A stretch of 44,764 nucleotides of DNA from a virus. Its lineage: Duplodnaviria > Caudoviricetes. Shown piece by piece: positions 1 through 9,462 of the stretch; the stretch's first letter is position 1; every line of letters begins with the position of its first letter. A model generated the notes under the pieces. That model was given only the letters and a program-made list of their open reading frames with translations, was not told the DNA's origin and did not search any database. The stretch is from positions 1 to 44,764 of the IMG/VR virus record IMGVR_UViG_3300025267_000026, one strand, 5' to 3'. A program made the position numbers and the translations under genes.

Positions 1-8
1 AAGATTTA

Positions 9-3000
9 ATGGCTTTGTACTATACTCCTTCTCCCACTGACCCCTCTAATGCTAACCATATTAATAATCCACAGCAGTATCCACGTGCTTATTGGACGGA
101 TTTAACCCGTACCATAGTGGATGGTAATACTCACTTTGTAACTCCTCAAACTGCGCAAGATACAGCAACTCCTGAGTCCGCCGATATCCTCTATTTTGGT
201 TCAAATAGTAAATTTGATGGACTTCGGTACACTTTTGTAACTCGTGGAAGTACCATTAGTAATGGTACCTATGCAGGCACCCTCCAGTGGCAATTCTGGA
301 ATGGTACTGCGTGGACAAATTTCACTCCTACCGTGGATGCTAAGTTTGGAGTAGATTCTAGCAAGATTTATGGTACGACATATTGGACTGTTAGTAATTT
401 AACGAATTGGGGTAAGCGAGATTTAGGCACCACGCCGGATATGCATACGGATAATGATGCTACACAAAGCTGGGCAGCACCGTGGGCCACTTCAGGAACT
501 ACTTTACCTGAAGATGTGGATAGTGCAGCCATTTCAAAGGTAGATCATGGGGATGATAGACGTAATACCAATAGATATTGGGTTAGAGTGTATGTTCGTA
601 CCGGAAGTATAACTATAGGTAAGGTTCTTACAGTAGAGTTATACACTAAACCTAATTTATTCCATGATTTCAGGTGTGAAGACCCACAATATTTCCATGA
701 AGTATGGAAATATGTTCATAATACTGCTGGAAGTGGTTGGACAGCAGGACGAGATGGTCCAGGCGGTACTTGGACTGCCTTAAATATGACAGGCGGTAAT
801 GATGGTAGTGAAGTATCATTATTATGGAATGCGCATGAATTTGCCACTAATTTTGTAGATAATGCGGCTACTACCTATTATTTTGGATTTGAATATCCTT
901 TTAATGGAGTACAATTTCATGCCCATCAGTTCAATACACCCAATTATTCAAATGTAAAGTTCGTTTGGCAGTGGTATAGCAACTATTATGCGAATGCTGC
1001 GTCGGAACCATGGCAAACTATCTCTGGTTTAACTATATCAGCTAATACTGTTGCCAATCCTACAGTAATTACTACCGAAAGACATCATCTAACCACTGGG
1101 GATTCCGTCATGATTACGGGGTCTAACTCCACTCCTGCTATTAATGCTACATATACCGTTACGGTACTTAGTGATACTACTTTTTCTGTCCCGGTTAATG
1201 TCACTACGGCGGGTACTGCCGGACATGTAGTCTGTAATAATCGCATCACCGCATCAGAATCCATGTCCAATACTGGAAATGCTGCTTGGATGTCGGATCT
1301 TGGGGCCGTTGATATGAATGCGGGGGATTATTATCTGGATGTGCGATGGGATACTAGTAAAGAACTAGGCACTTTCGTTATGAATAGGCCGCAACAAGAA
1401 TATGATCGGTTGCATATGCTAGATAATTATCCATATATGGATATGGTCTCTGGGCGATCTGCGAAATTTGTTAAAAAGGTAGTAAATAAAGGAACTAACA
1501 GTATTTCTGCGGCCAATCCTACTGTCATCACATCAGCCGATGCAGCGGGAGGCACTACTGAGAATCATAATCTTAAAACTGGCGATAAAGTTAATATATA
1601 TAGTTCTAATTCCACTCCATCGGTAGATGGCATTCATACGATTACCCGCATCAATGATACTACGTTTAGTATTCCTATAACGGTTACCACGGCTGGAACT
1701 ACCGCAAGCATTGAAGCATTTACACCTCCGCCTAGTAGTCGTGTTTTATATTGGGTGCGTTGTTATATAACGACGGGTACGCCTACTAATGTTGCGGTAC
1801 TTCGTGATGTTAAGACGGCTCCTGTCGGCGCACTCAAGTATTTTGATCGGGGTAAAGAGCCTTGGGTCTATAACGCTAATAGAACTGTACAAGGTAGTAC
1901 GGCTACACGTGAGCTTCAGTATTGTTATCGATATGATACTTCAGCAAGTGCTGGGTCTAAATTTACAGATTATAGTGCTGAGATTAGTTCTACTACTTCT
2001 GGTGCTACGAATCTACGAATAACCGGCAATACAGTTGCTAATCCAACTGTTGTTACTACTGATGGGCCAAGTTTTACTATTAGTTCTAATACCGTTGCAG
2101 CATCTACGGTAGTTACTACTAGTGCTGCGCATGGATTAGCTACCGATGATTTAGTGACCATTACGAATTCCAATTCGACTCCGACTATTAATGGGATATA
2201 TGAAGTTACCGTCCTTAGTACGACTACTTTTAGTATTGATGTAAATGTAACTACTGCTGGAAGTCAGGGTACGGTAGTTCCGATTGTAAAACATGGACTT
2301 ACGACCGGGCATAAAGTCGTTATTACTAATAGTAATTCAAGTCCAAATATCAATGGTACGCATGTAGTTACTGTATTGACGGATACTACTTTTTCTGTTC
2401 CTGTGAACGTCACTACGACAGCGGGTACAGCGGGTACTGTGGTGCCTGAAAAGGTATATGCAATAGATAATGGACAAATCGGAGATGCTGTTTATTTTGG
2501 AATGGATGAGCCGTTCTCAGCAATACGATTAAATGTTACGGACGCTTTGAGTTCGTCATCAGCGGGACTTTCTGCCATTACTTATGAGTATTTTGTTGGC
2601 GAAGGAACAGATAACTGGGCTACTATTACCACTCTCGATGAAACAGCAGACTTTAGGACTACAGGTATTGCAGAAATAACTTTTGATAAGCCGTTTAATT
2701 GGAAGACGTGTCAGCCAGGTATTAAAGAAGCTAATGCTACAGACCAAAGTTTCGGTAAAACGGCTTATTATGTTCGTGCTAGATTAGCTTCTGTGTCTGG
2801 TAGTCCAGTTACATCTGCGGCTAAGTTTAGTCAGGGACAAGTTGGGCCTAATTACTGGCATCCAGGTATGGAATCAGGAACGATTACTGGTGTAACTTCT
2901 GTACGACATTCTGATCCAGTTACATATGGTTTAACGTTAGTAGAACATGATACGGGTACAAACCAAAGTCAAACCATAGTGGCATATGCTTTAGCGGATA

Positions 3001-4628
3001 AACCTGTAGATTTTGTTAATAAGGTTAGTGTGCGTGGACGTAGTGGCGCATATGGTATTGCACAAGATACTACGAGTATTGATACTTATGGATTAGTTAA
3101 AGAACGAGTAGTGGATGATTCTACATTAACTAATTCATTACAATGCGAAATTAGAGCACAAGCCTTATTAGAGCAATTAAAACCTACCGCATCTACGAGT
3201 TTTAGAGAATGTAAGGTTAGAATAGGGAATGCCCCTGTCTATTCTATGTTGAATCGTCCTCAATTATTAAGGGCTGGTGATAGAGTTAATGTAAATATTA
3301 ATACTGTTACTATTGATAATGAGACGTGGTTGGTTTACTCAATTCATTGTAATTACAATGACGAGACTGGATGGACTTGTGACATTACGCTATTTAGAGA
3401 TATGACTACTGTCGCTGAACCAGGCTCTGCTGAACGTCGTATGATTAGAGATTTATCTACCAGAACACGGGAAACGGCTAATGCTATTTTCCAACCAGTA
3501 GATAAAGCTGTCGTAGGGGGTCTAGATTTCTTGCCCGAAGGACCAGGACGGACAGTAGGTAGGGAAGAATATGGTGCTGTCGGCACAGATTGGGGTATTT
3601 ATCCTACAGGCGGTGGAACATTAGGTAACTATACTAGTGAATTCCGTTGGACTAAGAAATTATATTCTAACCATAATACGAAAGAGACACTTGATACGGA
3701 TTTGATGCGTATTGAACATACCGGCATCAACCCTGAAGAAGATGGTGTGGCGCAAGGTGGTGCTGGGTTAGGTTTTATCGCTAGAGATAAACGGGGTAGT
3801 GGTACTCCTGATTTTCACCCTGGTACTGATGAAGCCACTCTATATCTGCGTAATTCGGCTACTGTTACTGAAGGTTCAGGGCTATATCTAGCTCATAGAG
3901 ATATTTTTAATAGTGGTGCCACTTATGATGAGTGGGTTACTGATACACCTAAGATAAATGCAGAGGTAATGACTGGATTCACTGGCTTTGTTACGGGAGC
4001 AGACCTTAGTAGTGGTACGTTTAATATTGCTTTACCTAATTTAGACTCTGCTCCATTGATTTTTGCTTCTATATGTGGACATGAGGCAAAAAGCGGCTAT
4101 AGTGCATCTAACTGGACTAATGCTATATGCCAACTTTATCGATGGACTACTAGTGGTGGTAAATATACCAATGCTCAGATGCGAGTTACGCGATTTTCTG
4201 TTGGAGTCGCTACGGGGGCTGGATTCTATACGTTAACAGCTATTTCAGCCGCTAACCCTACTGTGATTACTACAACTGGCAATATGCCTAACGGCAGGGC
4301 TGTATGGATTGGAGAATCTAATTCTACGCCAGTAATTGATGGTCTATATACGGTCTCTAATAAGGCTGGAAGCAGTCCATATACTTATACATTGACTGCT
4401 TTTGCTAATACTTCGTTTCCTGTTAACGTGACTACGGCTGGTACTGATGGAAAGTTATACTCGATGGGTAATACCCGTTCTTATGACCGTGCGGCCAATT
4501 GGACTGATGCAAACTATGATACTGACAACCAAAATATTGGTATCATGTATGCCGTTATCTTTAATTCGGGGAAAAATACTAGTGGCTTAAATTCACACTT
4601 CAGTCAAAATCACTTAAGTCATCCGTAG
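9..4628 (+). CDS. Large tail/baseplate-hub-like virion protein with five FCCH-like repeats and three beta-sandwich repeats
   Basis: 1539 aa, rich in T/S/G/N. Repeats of ANPTV(I/V)TT..HxLxxGD.V.I..SNSTP.I(N/D)G.(Y/H).VT....TTFS..V.VTTAG. The segment FVNKVSVRG..QDTTSIDTYGLVKERVVDD..LRAGDRVNV..WLVYSI resembles the C-terminal part of baseplate hub/tail-tip proteins. Confidence 0.7.
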   Translation: MALYYTPSPTDPSNANHINNPQQYPRAYWTDLTRTIVDGNTHFVTPQTAQDTATPESADILYFGSNSKFDGLRYTFVTRGSTISNGTYAGTLQWQFWNGTAWTNFTPTVDAKFGVDSSKIYGTTYWTVSNLTNWGKRDLGTTPDMHTDNDATQSWAAPWATSGTTLPEDVDSAAISKVDHGDDRRNTNRYWVRVYVRTGSITIGKVLTVELYTKPNLFHDFRCEDPQYFHEVWKYVHNTAGSGWTAGRDGPGGTWTALNMTGGNDGSEVSLLWNAHEFATNFVDNAATTYYFGFEYPFNGVQFHAHQFNTPNYSNVKFVWQWYSNYYANAASEPWQTISGLTISANTVANPTVITTERHHLTTGDSVMITGSNSTPAINATYTVTVLSDTTFSVPVNVTTAGTAGHVVCNNRITASESMSNTGNAAWMSDLGAVDMNAGDYYLDVRWDTSKELGTFVMNRPQQEYDRLHMLDNYPYMDMVSGRSAKFVKKVVNKGTNSISAANPTVITSADAAGGTTENHNLKTGDKVNIYSSNSTPSVDGIHTITRINDTTFSIPITVTTAGTTASIEAFTPPPSSRVLYWVRCYITTGTPTNVAVLRDVKTAPVGALKYFDRGKEPWVYNANRTVQGSTATRELQYCYRYDTSASAGSKFTDYSAEISSTTSGATNLRITGNTVANPTVVTTDGPSFTISSNTVAASTVVTTSAAHGLATDDLVTITNSNSTPTINGIYEVTVLSTTTFSIDVNVTTAGSQGTVVPIVKHGLTTGHKVVITNSNSSPNINGTHVVTVLTDTTFSVPVNVTTTAGTAGTVVPEKVYAIDNGQIGDAVYFGMDEPFSAIRLNVTDALSSSSAGLSAITYEYFVGEGTDNWATITTLDETADFRTTGIAEITFDKPFNWKTCQPGIKEANATDQSFGKTAYYVRARLASVSGSPVTSAAKFSQGQVGPNYWHPGMESGTITGVTSVRHSDPVTYGLTLVEHDTGTNQSQTIVAYALADKPVDFVNKVSVRGRSGAYGIAQDTTSIDTYGLVKERVVDDSTLTNSLQCEIRAQALLEQLKPTASTSFRECKVRIGNAPVYSMLNRPQLLRAGDRVNVNINTVTIDNETWLVYSIHCNYNDETGWTCDITLFRDMTTVAEPGSAERRMIRDLSTRTRETANAIFQPVDKAVVGGLDFLPEGPGRTVGREEYGAVGTDWGIYPTGGGTLGNYTSEFRWTKKLYSNHNTKETLDTDLMRIEHTGINPEEDGVAQGGAGLGFIARDKRGSGTPDFHPGTDEATLYLRNSATVTEGSGLYLAHRDIFNSGATYDEWVTDTPKINAEVMTGFTGFVTGADLSSGTFNIALPNLDSAPLIFASICGHEAKSGYSASNWTNAICQLYRWTTSGGKYTNAQMRVTRFSVGVATGAGFYTLTAISAANPTVITTTGNMPNGRAVWIGESNSTPVIDGLYTVSNKAGSSPYTYTLTAFANTSFPVNVTTAGTDGKLYSMGNTRSYDRAANWTDANYDTDNQNIGIMYAVIFNSGKNTSGLNSHFSQNHLSHP

Positions 4629-4635
4629 GGGTTTT

Positions 4636-4845
4636 ATGAGTAGCGATTTAGGTGGAGAAGTAAATCTTCTAGCAGGCGAATATGATTTTATAATTCGTAC
4701 TTCTGATGCCTCTAATTTGAAGATATATTATGTCATCCATGATTCTAAGAAGTACACCATAGTGGCTACTAGTTATGAAGAGGCATTAGCCACTGCAGGG
4801 TTTGAAGCAGAGGACACTATCAAGGATGCTGAAGGGGTATATTAG
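4636..4845 (+). CDS. Hypothetical protein (69 aa)
   Basis: Short ORF filling the gap after the tail gene, with GGGG upstream of the ATG. Confidence 0.6.
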   Translation: MSSDLGGEVNLLAGEYDFIIRTSDASNLKIYYVIHDSKKYTIVATSYEEALATAGFEAEDTIKDAEGVY

Positions 4846-4860
4846 GCATAAAATTGCCTA

Positions 4861-4889
4861 TTGACTTAGTAATTCAAATCTGCTAAACT
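4861..4889 (+). promoter_or_regulatory. Sigma70-type promoter for the replication operon
   Basis: TTGACT-N17-TAAACT with extended -10 (TGc), 46 nt before the helicase ATG. Inverted repeat TAGGCA-N6-TGCCTA (4843-4860) abuts the -35. Confidence 0.65.
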
Positions 4890-4935
4890 GGGATTCCAGT
4901 CAAACGATTGGGAGGTCAAAAATTTAGAGGAACGA

Positions 4936-6207
4936 ATGTTACCTGAAGACATAGAACGCATACTTATTAGTTCATTAAAAACACCAGAACATCTAAATAT
5001 ATTAAGACAAAAATACAAGCTCTCCCCCCGGCACTTCCCTTACCACCCCGAACCTGCTGCATTCATTTGGGATTTTATAGTTCAGTGGGGTAAAGCCCCT
5101 GATCTTACGCATATCAATGCGCGATTTCCCGATTTTCAGTATGCTCCTACTAATGACTTTGATTATATTGCTGAAGAGTTTCGGAAGGATTTTGTAAAGC
5201 GTAGTATTTACATGAGTATGGAAACTCATGCTAAATCTATTGAAGCGGATGCCGAAGCTGGCATTGTAGGATTGATTAGTCAACTACAGGGGCTACAGCG
5301 TAATGATGAAAGCCATCAGGTTGTTGTTGATAAAGATCCTATTAAAAGGTTAGAGGAATATAAACTACGGGCAGATGGTATTGCGGAACAACGTCTGTGG
5401 TGGGGCATAGAGCCATTCGATAATTTTCCAGTGATACTGACTCGTGGTCAGTTCGTTGGTATTATTGCGAACACTAAAATCGGGAAAAGTTGGTTAGGGT
5501 TAAAGATAGTTTTAGCTAATTATATGCGGGGATTGAAAATCAGCATCATTTCCCCTGAACTTAATAAACTATTTTTAAATGCTAGAATTGATACCATTCT
5601 TGCTTATGAAATGGGGTTTCCTATCTCTAATGAGAAGCTGGTGTATGGTGTACCTGGTATTGAAGAGAACTATGCTAAGTTCTTGAGCACTAAAGAGATG
5701 GAACGGGGCGAGTTACGGTATCGCTTGCATAATCCATCAGATAGATTTACCGTGTCTAGTGTGGCAACCGTAGTTAAATCAGAGAAACCTGATGTAGTGT
5801 TAATAGATGGTATCTATCTGATGCAGGATGAAGAACATGGTGCTCAATCATGGGAACAGATTAGGAATAAGTGTCGAGGTTTAAAAACATTAGCTACTGA
5901 ATCAAATATTACTCTAATAGTTACAAATCAATCAGGCAGGGAAAGAGGGTCAGATGAAAATTCGTCAACGCCTGCTGCAGCGTCTAACGTTGCCTACGGT
6001 TACGATTTCAATAGATTTGTTGACGTACTGGTTAGCATCGGTGGGGCTGCGAATAATCCTAATGTGCGCGAGGTCGCTATACCTCTTATCCGTTCTGGCC
6101 GTGCAGTTACGGGGACTTATCCGATTTCTTTTGACACCGATATGGGCGATATTGGGCGTACCGTTGGTCAAGTCACTCCAATGTCTATGGCTAATATCGA
6201 CTTTTAG
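4936..6207 (+). CDS. dnaB: DnaB-like (SF4) replicative helicase
   Basis: Walker A-like IIANTKIGKS, ISPEL, Walker B VVLIDGIYLM, LKTLA..NITLIVTNQ. RBS GAGG. Next to the primase. Confidence 0.85.
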   Translation: MLPEDIERILISSLKTPEHLNILRQKYKLSPRHFPYHPEPAAFIWDFIVQWGKAPDLTHINARFPDFQYAPTNDFDYIAEEFRKDFVKRSIYMSMETHAKSIEADAEAGIVGLISQLQGLQRNDESHQVVVDKDPIKRLEEYKLRADGIAEQRLWWGIEPFDNFPVILTRGQFVGIIANTKIGKSWLGLKIVLANYMRGLKISIISPELNKLFLNARIDTILAYEMGFPISNEKLVYGVPGIEENYAKFLSTKEMERGELRYRLHNPSDRFTVSSVATVVKSEKPDVVLIDGIYLMQDEEHGAQSWEQIRNKCRGLKTLATESNITLIVTNQSGRERGSDENSSTPAAASNVAYGYDFNRFVDVLVSIGGAANNPNVREVAIPLIRSGRAVTGTYPISFDTDMGDIGRTVGQVTPMSMANIDF

Positions 6208-6367
6208 TCTGTATATCGCTGTTAATGCTGGATTTGCATATGGGGGGTATCGCATAGCGGAATATTCCACATACTTGGGAATATGGGCAGGGGTTATAGC
6301 CTGTGCGTTATTTACCACAATAGTTTTATATTTCGCATTGCAAGTGGCACAACAAATTAAACGATAA
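6152..6367 (+). CDS. Small membrane protein (start uncertain, TTG assumed)
   Basis: 3' part of track ORF 5954..6367. It fills the helicase-primase gap, has two hydrophobic segments and stops 2 nt before the primase ATG. Confidence 0.4.
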   Translation: MGVPLVKSLQCLWLISTFSLYIAVNAGFAYGGYRIAEYSTYLGIWAGVIACALFTTIVLYFALQVAQQIKR

Positions 6368-6369
6368 CT

Positions 6370-7272
6370 ATGACAATAATAGAGTTTTTAGAAGATGCTG
6401 GTTTAATCTTCACCAAAAAGACTGGTGAAGAGGTAGTAGCCTATTGTCCGTGGCACGATGATCGGAATGCGTCTCTAGCTATCAATATACATAAAGGTGC
6501 GTACCACTGCTTCAATGGATGTATTAAAGGCCGTGATGGTATGAAGCGGTTGCTAGAGAAGTTAGACCCTAATCGTAATTTGTATCAAATACTAATCGAT
6601 AGGTTTCCAGAGTTATATATTCGTAAGTATATTGATGCTACGCCTATACCAGAGAATGTAGTGAAGTACGATGTTACACAGCTATCGTATGCTGTTGATA
6701 ATCCATATTTGATGACACGAGGCATCACAAATCAAACAATTATTGATTTTGATATTAAATACCATGTAAGTTTCGATAGTATTATCGTACCAATCTATCA
6801 AAAGGGTGAATTATTAGGGAGCGTTCAGCGTAATATATCTGGTAATCCGAAATACATTAATTCTCCAGGCATGGATAGGGATAAAGCAGTATTTCCACTG
6901 GATAAAGTAGAATGTGACGATAAAGTTATTATCGTTGAGGGATTATTCGATTCTATAAATGCACATCAATGGGGGGTGAAAAACACAGTATGTACGTTTG
7001 GCGGTAATGTATCGCATGAACAGGCTAAGATTTTAGCGACTTTAGCTAGGACAGTAGTTATCTGTCCTGATAAAGATGCCAGCGGTATTAAGATGGCTTA
7101 TAAAACCACTGATACGTTGATGAAACTAGGTCTGAATGTGGAGTATACGTTCCCGTCAGGAAAAGCCAAAGATTTTGGCGATATGACCGATTTTACACGT
7201 TTAGAATATCATTCCTATTGGAAACTCAAGGCCATACAAAAAGATTTAAATTATATGATGGAGAGATCTTAA
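6370..7272 (+). CDS. dnaG: DNA primase (CHC2 zinc finger + TOPRIM)
   Basis: CPWHDD..YHCFNGC zinc finger, PKYINSP, IIVEGLFD, CPDKDASG (DxD), KDFGD. Confidence 0.92.
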   Translation: MTIIEFLEDAGLIFTKKTGEEVVAYCPWHDDRNASLAINIHKGAYHCFNGCIKGRDGMKRLLEKLDPNRNLYQILIDRFPELYIRKYIDATPIPENVVKYDVTQLSYAVDNPYLMTRGITNQTIIDFDIKYHVSFDSIIVPIYQKGELLGSVQRNISGNPKYINSPGMDRDKAVFPLDKVECDDKVIIVEGLFDSINAHQWGVKNTVCTFGGNVSHEQAKILATLARTVVICPDKDASGIKMAYKTTDTLMKLGLNVEYTFPSGKAKDFGDMTDFTRLEYHSYWKLKAIQKDLNYMMERS

Positions 7273-7273
7273 A

Positions 7274-8068
7274 ATGCCGTTAATAAGTAAGGGTACGTAC
7301 CAAGCAGCCGGGTCAGATGGAACGAGTAGCGAATTTCGCAATCCTAATTCAATTTGGCGTAATACTGTTCGTATTCGTCCTGGTGAACATGCAGTTATTA
7401 GGTTTATCACTGATTTCATTAATGGGGATATGTCTCGTTTTCACGGGATTCCTGGCATGACGACTAAGGGACAACAGTTTACGTCCTATGAATATTGTTC
7501 ACGCATTAATGTTAATGAGTCAGGGCGGGTGATTGAGAAGGATTGTGAACATTGTTTGTCTGCGGATGAACGTATTGCTAAAACCACTTCTCGTTATCTT
7601 TCATGGGTAATGCATTATGGAACGTACCATGTAGACCAAAATCCATTCCTTGATCGAGATGGTCAAGAGGCGTGGAATCAAATTAAAATTGGTAACCGAA
7701 CCTTCTATCGAGAAACCGTAAAAAAGCCACAGTTGTTGAATACGTCGTTCACTCTTTTCAAGAATATTGAAGAGAAGTATGACCTCTTTTCTACACTGTT
7801 AGGACGTACCTTTGATTATCGGTCTAGTCGTCCTTCTAATATCACACAATACTCTTTAGAAACGTCCGACATTCAATTGTCGAATGATTATGCGCAAGAG
7901 ATTCTGGACATGGAGAATAATCTCCCTGATTTAGAGATGATTGCTGCTAAATTAGTTACAGAAGTAGAATTGCCTACTTTTGGTGACGATGATACTAAAG
8001 AAACGATTACTAAAGATCAGGTGGATGCGGCTTACGCTAATATGGCTAATTTAGATGAGGATTTATAA
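7274..8068 (+). CDS. Single-stranded DNA-binding protein (gp32-like)
   Basis: Follows primase. AVIRFI..H..C..CEHC putative zinc site and an acidic C-terminal tail (NLDEDL). Confidence 0.6.
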   Translation: MPLISKGTYQAAGSDGTSSEFRNPNSIWRNTVRIRPGEHAVIRFITDFINGDMSRFHGIPGMTTKGQQFTSYEYCSRINVNESGRVIEKDCEHCLSADERIAKTTSRYLSWVMHYGTYHVDQNPFLDRDGQEAWNQIKIGNRTFYRETVKKPQLLNTSFTLFKNIEEKYDLFSTLLGRTFDYRSSRPSNITQYSLETSDIQLSNDYAQEILDMENNLPDLEMIAAKLVTEVELPTFGDDDTKETITKDQVDAAYANMANLDEDL

Positions 8069-8071
8069 ACG

Positions 8072-8380
8072 ATGGCTAAAGTAAGTGTGGAACTAGGTTT
8101 AACACTCAAAATGGCTACAGGTGGGGGATATAATTTCTTTCGCCCGTCCATTACTATTGCCGATATTGATACTAATGAAGAAGCCAAACCTCAAATTGAT
8201 AGAGCATTAGAAGTTGTAAAGGAAGCATGGTCTGAGCTTGAAGAGCATATGGGCAATGTTATTACGGCTACTGATGTTACAGAAAATGAATCGCTACTAG
8301 TTGAACTTGGTAAACGCATGTCTGCTATGGAAACTAAACTTGCCGCCGTAGCGAATGGTAAAGTTGTTACAGGGTTTTAG
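8072..8380 (+). CDS. Hypothetical protein (102 aa)
   Basis: Tightly packed ORF within the replication operon. Confidence 0.7.
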   Translation: MAKVSVELGLTLKMATGGGYNFFRPSITIADIDTNEEAKPQIDRALEVVKEAWSELEEHMGNVITATDVTENESLLVELGKRMSAMETKLAAVANGKVVTGF

Positions 8381-9462
8381 TGGTTAGTGTTAATCGTAGT
8401 ACGTTAGAGCGGAAGTTGACTACAATCACTTCCGCTCTACGTTCTAAGTCAAACCTTCCGCTTCTTGGAGCCAATGTCAGTGGGCAGTTAAGTTTTTGGC
8501 AAGATAGCTATATGCCGATTTGGGATGGCATTGATTCTGAGGGCAAGGATGAATTTACATTTTCAGTCGATTCATCACTATTACGCAATATTGTAAATGG
8601 GTTTAAAACTGAATATATAGATATCAGTATTAATACCAAGAAGGCTATGGTTATCAAATCTGATCAATCTAAGATAACTGTGCCGTATTTGGCTGGTCCT
8701 TATGATGAAATACCTGATAAACCTTTGATGCAAGTAAGTTGTACGGTCGAAAGAGATTTTCTACGTGCATTAATGAAGTCGAAAGATTTTGTTTCGAAAA
8801 CATATGAAAATATGGGATTAACTTATACATATTTAGGTAATAAGGATGAGAAATTCTTTATTTCAGGGGCCGGTTCTATGTATCAGTATGCCATTAGTAT
8901 CCCCTTCTCTGGAGAAACGTTACCTGCTATAATAATGCCGCCTGAATATGCTGCAGTCGTGGGTAGGCTGTTCTCTAATACTAATCTTCAAGTGGGCCTT
9001 TCAGAGCGTCAACAGATTCTCATGTCGGATGGGCCAACTCTAATAGCAACACGGACAGTAAATGAAACATACCCTAATATTGTTTATGAGATGGCAGACG
9101 CAGATGGGGAGTTGTTATTCGTTGCTAATAAACAGAAATTATTGGAATCTCTTAGACTAGCGGTACAGACTACGAAGGATGATGTGGTGGGGCTTAGTAG
9201 TCGTACTGACGAGTTAAGTGGTGTAGCAGGATTAGATGTCTACATACCTAATGCTGTTATTGAGGCAGAATTATTTGTTGAAGTTGATGTCGTAAAAGAT
9301 TTTTCTTGTACGTATTTTTCACTTCCTTTTTTAATCAAGTGTATATCGACGTTTGAAGATGACATGATTTATGTAGAACGTTTAAATCAGTTTAATGGAG
9401 CTTTTAGAATTGGTACAGGCACCGAAGAAATTACCGTCTTACAACCTATTCGATACGACTAA
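8380..9462 (+). CDS. dnaN: Beta sliding clamp-like protein (DnaN family)
   Basis: 360 aa, the typical size. N-terminus VNRSTLERKL...SNLPLL and the segment IATRTVNETYPNI match DnaN patterns. Overlaps the polymerase gene. Confidence 0.72.
   Translation: MVSVNRSTLERKLTTITSALRSKSNLPLLGANVSGQLSFWQDSYMPIWDGIDSEGKDEFTFSVDSSLLRNIVNGFKTEYIDISINTKKAMVIKSDQSKITVPYLAGPYDEIPDKPLMQVSCTVERDFLRALMKSKDFVSKTYENMGLTYTYLGNKDEKFFISGAGSMYQYAISIPFSGETLPAIIMPPEYAAVVGRLFSNTNLQVGLSERQQILMSDGPTLIATRTVNETYPNIVYEMADADGELLFVANKQKLLESLRLAVQTTKDDVVGLSSRTDELSGVAGLDVYIPNAVIEAELFVEVDVVKDFSCTYFSLPFLIKCISTFEDDMIYVERLNQFNGAFRIGTGTEEITVLQPIRYD

Noticed and set aside
5954-6151. 5' part of the 137 aa ORF overlapping the helicase
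   Set aside because: It overlaps conserved helicase sequence by about 250 nt. Only the hydrophobic 3' part is plausible.
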